Shown piece after piece: positions 15,337-20,543 of a stretch of 20,543 nucleotides of DNA. Source of the stretch: Myxococcales bacterium (GTDB taxonomy: Bacteria; Myxococcota; Myxococcia; Myxococcales; Anaeromyxobacteraceae); contig JBBQEB010000059.1 of the NCBI GenBank assembly GCA_038320275.1, forward strand, positions 1-20,543, in the 5' to 3' direction. The notes below the pieces were generated by a model. The model did no database searches. It was not told the origin of the DNA and was given only the letters and a program-made list of their open reading frames with translations. A program made the translations under genes and the position numbers. How positions within the stretch are numbered: the stretch's first letter is position 1; each line of letters begins with the position of its first letter.

Positions 15337-16362
15337 TCACCGGCCGGCGAGCTGCGCCACCGTCCGCGGAGTGGCCTTGCCCTTGCCTCGGACGTTCCGG
15401 TCGAGCCACGCCACGGTATCGCGCAGCGTCTCCTGCGGATCGCGGGCGTCGAAGCCGAGCTCCCGCTCCGCCTTGGAGGAATCCACGTAGAACCAGCTCT
15501 CGCCCATGGCGACCTCCTCGGCGGAGAGGTCGGGCTCGCTGCCGCGCCAGGCGTGGAGCTTCTCCAGCAGGCGCGCCCCTGCGACGTTGACGCGGGAGGG
15601 GAGGCGCAGCACCGGGGCGGGCACGCCCGAGATGCGCGACAGCCGGGCAAAAAAACTGGCGAAGGTCATGTTGGCGCCGCCGAGCAGGTAGCGCTCGCCG
15701 GGACGCCCTCGCTCCAGCGCAGCGGAGAAGGCGCCGGCGGCGTCGCGCACATCGACGAAGGACAGGCCGCCCGAAGGCATCGCCGGGACCCGGCGCTCGA
15801 GGAACTTCCAGACCACGTCGGTGGAGGAGAGCCGCGCGTCGCCGGGGCCGAGCAGCAGCGATGGGTTCAGCACCACCATGGGCAGGCCGGTGTCGCGGAA
15901 GAACCGCAGGGCGGTCTTCTCCTGGAAGATCTTGGAGAGGTAGTACGGCCAGCCGGCGGCCACCTGGAGCGGGTAGTCGTCCGCCTCGGTGTGCACCTTC
16001 TCCTCGCGCGAGATGCCGATCGTCCCCGAGCTGGAGGCCAGCACGAACCGCTTCACGCCCGCCGCGGCGCAGTCCTCGAGGAGCGTGCGCGTGCACTGGA
16101 CGTGCAGTTCGTAGAGCGCGGCGGGATGGGCGGCGTCGAAGGCCACCTGACCCGCGAGGTGGAGCACGGCCTCCACGCCGTCCAGCGCGCCGCGCACGGC
16201 CTCGCGGTCCTGCAGGGAGGCGCGCACCACGTCCGCCCCGAGGGCCTGCGCAGCCGCCGCTTCCCCGCGGGCGAGCAGGCGCACGCGGTGGCCGGCGCTG
16301 TTGAGAAGGGGGAGGAGCGCCGAGCCGAGAAAGCCCGTTCCGCCGGTGACGAGGAGGTTCAC
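15337..16362 (-). CDS. NAD-dependent epimerase/dehydratase (extended SDR), ElbE-like
   Basis: LLVTGGTGFLG, VLHLAG, VLASSSG, YYLSK (YxxxK), LNPSLLLGPGD, SFVDVRDAA, GERYLLGG. GTG at 16362 overlaps the upstream TGA (GTGA). Confidence 0.9.
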   Translation of the reverse strand: MNLLVTGGTGFLGSALLPLLNSAGHRVRLLARGEAAAAQALGADVVRASLQDREAVRGALDGVEAVLHLAGQVAFDAAHPAALYELHVQCTRTLLEDCAAAGVKRFVLASSSGTIGISREEKVHTEADDYPLQVAAGWPYYLSKIFQEKTALRFFRDTGLPMVVLNPSLLLGPGDARLSSTDVVWKFLERRVPAMPSGGLSFVDVRDAAGAFSAALERGRPGERYLLGGANMTFASFFARLSRISGVPAPVLRLPSRVNVAGARLLEKLHAWRGSEPDLSAEEVAMGESWFYVDSSKAERELGFDARDPQETLRDTVAWLDRNVRGKGKATPRTVAQLAGR

Positions 16363-19300
16363 CTGGGGACCTTGGGCTTGGGATCGCGAGGGGTCGAGGT
16401 CTTCGGCGGTCGGGGCGGGGTCGCGTCCGGGGTCGCGGTCGGAGTCGGGGTCGCGGTCGGGGTCGGGGTCGGGGTCGAGGTCGAGGTCGGGTTCGCGGTC
16501 GCGGTCCCGGTCGGGGTCGGGGTCGGGTTCGGGGTCGGGTTCGCGGTGGGGGTCGAGGTCGAGGTCGAGCTCGCGGTCGCGCTCGCAGCCGGCCCCGCCG
16601 CCGCGCCGCCGAGCTTCCGCACCGCTTCCTCCATCACCCGCGTCGCCTCCTTGTGGGCCTCGCCCTTGGGGAGGTGGCGCGTGAGGCTCCGCAGCTTCGC
16701 CACCGGGATGGGCGTTCCGATGCGCACCTCGAGCTTCGTGCGCTTGGGCCTCGCCGAGCCGGCCGGCAGCGCCTCGTGCGTGCCGTGCAGGTAGATGGGG
16801 AGCACGTCGACGCCGGACTGCAGCGCGAGGTAGCCGGCGGTGGCCTTGAACTCCGACATGGACCCGTCCCGCGAGCGGGTGCCCTCCGGGAAGATGAGGA
16901 GGTTCGTGCCCTGGCGCAGCGCGGCGACGGCGGCGCGGAGGCTCTGCCGGATGGCGCCCGAGCGATCCATGGGGATGAGGCTGGTGAAGTTGCCGAAGTA
17001 GGCGCGCTTGAGTGGGGTGTCGAAGAAGTAGTCGCGGGCTGCCAGGGCCGAGAGGTTCTCCCCCGCTTCGCCGAGCGCCACCTTCACGAGCCCCATGTCG
17101 AGGTGGCTGGCGTGGTTCGCCACCACCAGGAAATTCCGATCGACGGGGACGTTCGCCTCGCCGCGCACCTTCGTCTCGTAGATCTCGCGGTAGAGGAAGC
17201 GCTGCCCCGCCCCGAGGAGCCGCCGGCCCAGCGCCGCGAGCGGAGCGGGCACCTCGAGGTCGCCCGCGGGAGCTGGCCCTTCCGGCGCCGCGGCGCGAGC
17301 GCCGTCCTCCACCGGACGGTGCCTGGCCGCGGCCACCACGCGGGAGAGATCGGCCACGGTGCCGAGCTGATGGAGGTTGTCCACCGCGCTGCCGCCCACG
17401 CCCGCCTGTTCGAGCGCCGCGGCGAGCTCGGTGAGCATGAGCGAGTCGAAGCCCAGCTCGGCCGCGAGCTGGCTCGCGTGCGTGACCTCGGCGCGCGGGC
17501 GCCGCGAGACCTCGGCCACCAGATCGAGAAGCCAGCGGTCGGAGCGCCCCTCGCGCGCCGCCCCGCGGGCCTTCGCGCCCTTGTGGGCGGCGGCGTCGAG
17601 TCGCTGGAGCTCCTCCACCACCCAGCGGCGCTTCACCTTGCGGGTGGAGGTTCGCGGGAGCTCCGTGTCGGTCGGGTACCAGACCTTGACGCGCTTGTGG
17701 AACGGCAGCCCGGCGGAGACGCGGCGCACGTGCTCGTCGATCCTCCTCCGCACCTCGGCGCGCTCGCGCCCCTTCCACGCGGGCCGCACCAGCAGCGCGA
17801 CCTTCTCGCCGCGCGCGTCGGCGAGCCCCACCACGGAGAGCTCCTGCACGAGGTCCTCCTCGGCGTAGAGCTCCTCCAGCTCGTCCGGATAGACGTTCCG
17901 GCCGTCCGCGTCGATGATGACGTCCTTCTTCCGCCCGGCCAGCGTGAGCCGGCCCTCGCCGTCGAGGCGGCCCAGGTCGCCGGTGCGAAGCCAGCCGCCG
18001 TCGAGCACCGCCGAGGTGAGCTCCCGGTCGATCTCCGGAGCGCCCTCGCCCGGGCGGTAGTACCCCGCCATCACGTTGGGTCCGCGCGCGAGCACCTCGC
18101 CCACGCCGCTCCCGTCGGGCTCCTCGATGCGAAGCTCCACGCCGGGCAGCGCCTTGCCCACGGTGCCGGGCGCCGGGTCGTCGGGCGCGGTCACCGAGAG
18201 CACCGGGGCCGCCTCGGTGAGCCCGTACCCCTCGAAGAGGTCGAATCCGAGCTCGTGGAAGGCCTGCTGGACCTCCGGCGCGAGCGCCGAGCCCCCAGAC
18301 ACGAGGATGCGCAGCCGGCCCCCGAGCTTTCGGTGCACCGGCCAGAAGAGCAGCTTCCCCAGGTTCACGCCGGCCTCGTCGCGCAGCTTGGCGTGGGCGC
18401 CCATGAGCGCCTTCATGCCCGCCTCCACGAAGCCAGGCCGAGCCGACAGCTCCTGCGTGATGCGCCGGTGCAGGAGCGACCAGAGCGCGGGCACGCCGAT
18501 CATGGCGGTGATGCGCCCGCTCTCGAGGGCGTCACCGAGCGTGTCGGCGGTGAGCTCGTCGAGGTAGGAGATCTCCGCGCCGCGGGAGAGCGGGGTGAGG
18601 AGGCCGCAGGTGAACTCGAAGGTGTGATGGAGCGGCAGGACCGAGAGGAGCGCGTCGCCGGCGCCGATGGAGAAGGTTCCCGCGAGCTTCGCGACCAGGC
18701 TCGCGAAGTTGCGGTGGGTGAGCATGACGCCCTTGGGCGTCCCGGTGGTGCCGCTCGTGAACAGGATGGAGGCGACGTCGTCCGGCTGCGCGACGTGCGC
18801 GGGAGCGCGGGCGGGGTCTCCGGTCAGGGCCTCGGCGAGGAGGAGCGGCCTGGGGGCTCCGCCCGCGTCCGATCGCGCCCCGAGGTCCCCCAGCCGCTCG
18901 GCGACCGCGTCGGAGAGCAGGAGCACCTTCGCACCAGCGGAGCGGGTCAGGTTCGAGAGCTCGCCCGGGGAGAGCTGCGCGTCCACCGGCACCGCCACGC
19001 CGCCGGCGAGGAGCACGCCGAAGTACGCCACCGCCCACTCCGGACGGTTCTCGCTGGCGAGGAGCACCCTGTCCCCCCGCTCCAGGCCGCCCGCCGCCAG
19101 CGCTCCGGCGACGCGCAGGGCGCACGCGCGCAGCTCACCATACGTGTACGTGTCCTTGCGCTCGCCGTCCATGCGCAGCGCCACGCGGTTCCGGTGGGTC
19201 TCGCAGGTGGCGCGCAGGAGCTCGAGCAGGTCGCGGTGCGCCTTCACCGCATGGACCTTCTTCTTCGACTCCTCCTCGAGGCCCGGGAACACCCACTCCT

Positions 19301-20543
19301 CGAGCCCCTTCACGTGCACGTCGAGCCAGTAGTGTCGCCAGTCGAGCTTCTCCGGGTCCCACAGGAGCTTCGCCCGGTCGGCGGGGGCGAGCCGCGCCAC
19401 GAGCTGCCTCACGTTGGCGCACCGGAACACGTACCGGTTGTCCCAGACGAAGGGCATGAAGAGCCTGAACAGAAGCTCCGTCTGGCCGAGCTGTCGCTCC
19501 ACCTCGTCGAGCCTGTCGGCCGCCAGCCCTGCCAGCGCCGAGGCCCGGGGAGCTCCCCATCGCGGAGCCTCCTCCCGCAAGAGCCGCCGCGCCCCGCGGG
19601 CCAGCTTCATGAACGCGGGCGTGCTGAAGCGCTCGTAGTGGCCGCGCGAGACGGGATAGGGCTCGAAGCGCGCGCGCAGCGCGTTGACGAGCGGGTTGCC
19701 CTCCTCGCGCTCCCGGTAGAACTTGCGGCGGTAGAGCCCCATGAGCTCCAGCGCGCGCCGGCCGTGCAGCGGGTTCTCGTCGCTGGAGGCGAGGTGGTAG
19801 ACCGGCTCGGGGGTGCCAGCGATGGCCTCCGCCGCGACGGCGATGGTGCCGGCCGCGACGAGGTCCACCGGGACGATGTCGAGGATGGCGTGCTCGCCCA
19901 TGGGGAACACGCGCTGGCCCTTCAGGCTGAGGAAAGCGAGCGGGGCGCTGGTGGTGAAGCCCTCGTTCCAGCCCGGAAACGGGTAGCGAAGCGCTGTCTC
20001 GACGATGGAGGGACGCACGAGCGCGTACTTGACGCCGCTCGCGGCGATGGCCTGCTCGCCCAGTGACTTGGTGTACGTGTAGGTGTTGGGCCAGCCCCAG
20101 GCCTTGGCGCGCTCCGCGCCCAGCTCGACCAGTCGCTGCGACAGCCAGAGCCGCTTCTCGCGCCCGAGAGCGAGCCGCTCCGCGCGCTCGTCGGCGGGAT
20201 CGCGCCCCTCCTCCCGCAACCGCTCGCGCGCTCGTGCCCGCAGCTCGGCCGAAAGCGCGGCGTCCTCCGCGGACGCGCGCACCTCGGCGATGCGCTTCTC
20301 GCAGTCCGCGAGCTCGCGGGCGAGGTCGAAGTCGCGCGCGTCGTAGGTGGGCGCCGAGGGGCGGCCCTCCACCCCCTCGCGGCGCGGGAAGTAGCCGGCC
20401 ACCGGCTCGTCCTCGAACACGACGCCGCTGCGATTGCCCGCGACGAAGCAGGTGGAGACGTGCACCAGCGCCGCACCGGTGGCCTTCGCGAGCTCGGCGC
20501 CGTGGCTCGCGCCCCGGACGTTCACGGCGATCGCGAGCTCGAG
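16359..20543 (-). CDS. elbD: Multidomain fatty acyl reductase / acyl-CoA synthetase / ACP / PlsC acyltransferase, ElbD-like; 5' end outside the window
   Basis: FAR motifs HVSTCFV, GWPNTYTYTKSLGE, VRPSIVE..PFPGW; adenylation motifs FTSGTTGTPKGVMLTH, GYGLTE, GWLRTGDLG, GRKK; carrier LGFDSL; acyltransferase NHASHLD, IFPEGTRS. The frame is open to the window edge. Domain order matches Myxococcus xanthus ElbD as I recall it. Confidence 0.88.
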   Translation of the reverse strand, partial: LELAIAVNVRGASHGAELAKATGAALVHVSTCFVAGNRSGVVFEDEPVAGYFPRREGVEGRPSAPTYDARDFDLARELADCEKRIAEVRASAEDAALSAELRARARERLREEGRDPADERAERLALGREKRLWLSQRLVELGAERAKAWGWPNTYTYTKSLGEQAIAASGVKYALVRPSIVETALRYPFPGWNEGFTTSAPLAFLSLKGQRVFPMGEHAILDIVPVDLVAAGTIAVAAEAIAGTPEPVYHLASSDENPLHGRRALELMGLYRRKFYREREEGNPLVNALRARFEPYPVSRGHYERFSTPAFMKLARGARRLLREEAPRWGAPRASALAGLAADRLDEVERQLGQTELLFRLFMPFVWDNRYVFRCANVRQLVARLAPADRAKLLWDPEKLDWRHYWLDVHVKGLEEWVFPGLEEESKKKVHAVKAHRDLLELLRATCETHRNRVALRMDGERKDTYTYGELRACALRVAGALAAGGLERGDRVLLASENRPEWAVAYFGVLLAGGVAVPVDAQLSPGELSNLTRSAGAKVLLLSDAVAERLGDLGARSDAGGAPRPLLLAEALTGDPARAPAHVAQPDDVASILFTSGTTGTPKGVMLTHRNFASLVAKLAGTFSIGAGDALLSVLPLHHTFEFTCGLLTPLSRGAEISYLDELTADTLGDALESGRITAMIGVPALWSLLHRRITQELSARPGFVEAGMKALMGAHAKLRDEAGVNLGKLLFWPVHRKLGGRLRILVSGGSALAPEVQQAFHELGFDLFEGYGLTEAAPVLSVTAPDDPAPGTVGKALPGVELRIEEPDGSGVGEVLARGPNVMAGYYRPGEGAPEIDRELTSAVLDGGWLRTGDLGRLDGEGRLTLAGRKKDVIIDADGRNVYPDELEELYAEEDLVQELSVVGLADARGEKVALLVRPAWKGRERAEVRRRIDEHVRRVSAGLPFHKRVKVWYPTDTELPRTSTRKVKRRWVVEELQRLDAAAHKGAKARGAAREGRSDRWLLDLVAEVSRRPRAEVTHASQLAAELGFDSLMLTELAAALEQAGVGGSAVDNLHQLGTVADLSRVVAAARHRPVEDGARAAAPEGPAPAGDLEVPAPLAALGRRLLGAGQRFLYREIYETKVRGEANVPVDRNFLVVANHASHLDMGLVKVALGEAGENLSALAARDYFFDTPLKRAYFGNFTSLIPMDRSGAIRQSLRAAVAALRQGTNLLIFPEGTRSRDGSMSEFKATAGYLALQSGVDVLPIYLHGTHEALPAGSARPKRTKLEVRIGTPIPVAKLRSLTRHLPKGEAHKEATRVMEEAVRKLGGAAAGPAASATASSTSTSTPTANPTPNPTPTPTGTATANPTSTSTPTPTPTATPTPTATPDATPPRPPKTSTPRDPKPKVPR
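16417..16585. repeat. Degenerate hexamer array (G[G/C/A]GGTC)n encoding the Thr/Pro tail of the ElbD-like protein
   Basis: GGGGTC/GCGGTC/GAGGTC/GGGTTC units in tandem, translating as STSTSTPTANPTPNPTPTPTGTATANPTSTSTPTPTPTATPTPTATP. Confidence 0.88.

Noticed and set aside
13661..16585. Repeat tracts as CRISPR arrays
   Set aside because: They are short degenerate coding repeats with no unique spacers, and there are no cas genes.
16653..20066. Long antisense or alternative-frame ORFs (e.g. 16653..20066 +, 5318..7384 -, 7677..9725 +, 2207..4492 -, 13134..15650 -)
   Set aside because: Typical shadow ORFs of high-GC coding DNA, with no recognisable motifs and overlapping well-supported genes.
1..20543. 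Genome-wide UGA reassignment (to Trp or Gly)
   Set aside because: TGA is the normal stop for rho, sppA, thyX, the M13 peptidase and the ALDH at their expected C-termini, and Trp is encoded by TGG.

Overview
High-GC bacterial chromosome segment. Gene content (elbD-like lipid synthase, long SppA, DGG-repeat lipoprotein) suggests Myxococcota, possibly Anaeromyxobacter-like; this is an inference. Left to right: a truncated response regulator (-), rho with a disordered N-terminal extension (-), coupled thyX-sppA (-), an M13 lipoprotein peptidase (+), a coupled Tat metallophosphoesterase and aldehyde dehydrogenase (-), a small XRE regulator (-), a two-gene operon (+), a DGG-repeat lipoprotein (-), a FliK-C-like hypothetical (+), tRNA-Cys(GCA), a four-CxxC zinc-finger-like protein (+), and an elbE-like SDR coupled to a truncated elbD-like FAR-ACS-ACP-PlsC enzyme (-). 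The main result is that the ORF track splits the two-gene operon (10867-12103) into four fragments. Each gene has an in-frame TGA at its catalytic Cys/Sec position, followed by a SECIS-like hairpin. I read them as two tandem selenoproteins: a Cys-free '1-Sec' peroxiredoxin (FTPVUT) and a PrdB/GrdB-like protein (TGGURLCHR) with no PrdA or Grd partner in the window. All calls come from reading the sequence and recalling motifs; no searches were run.
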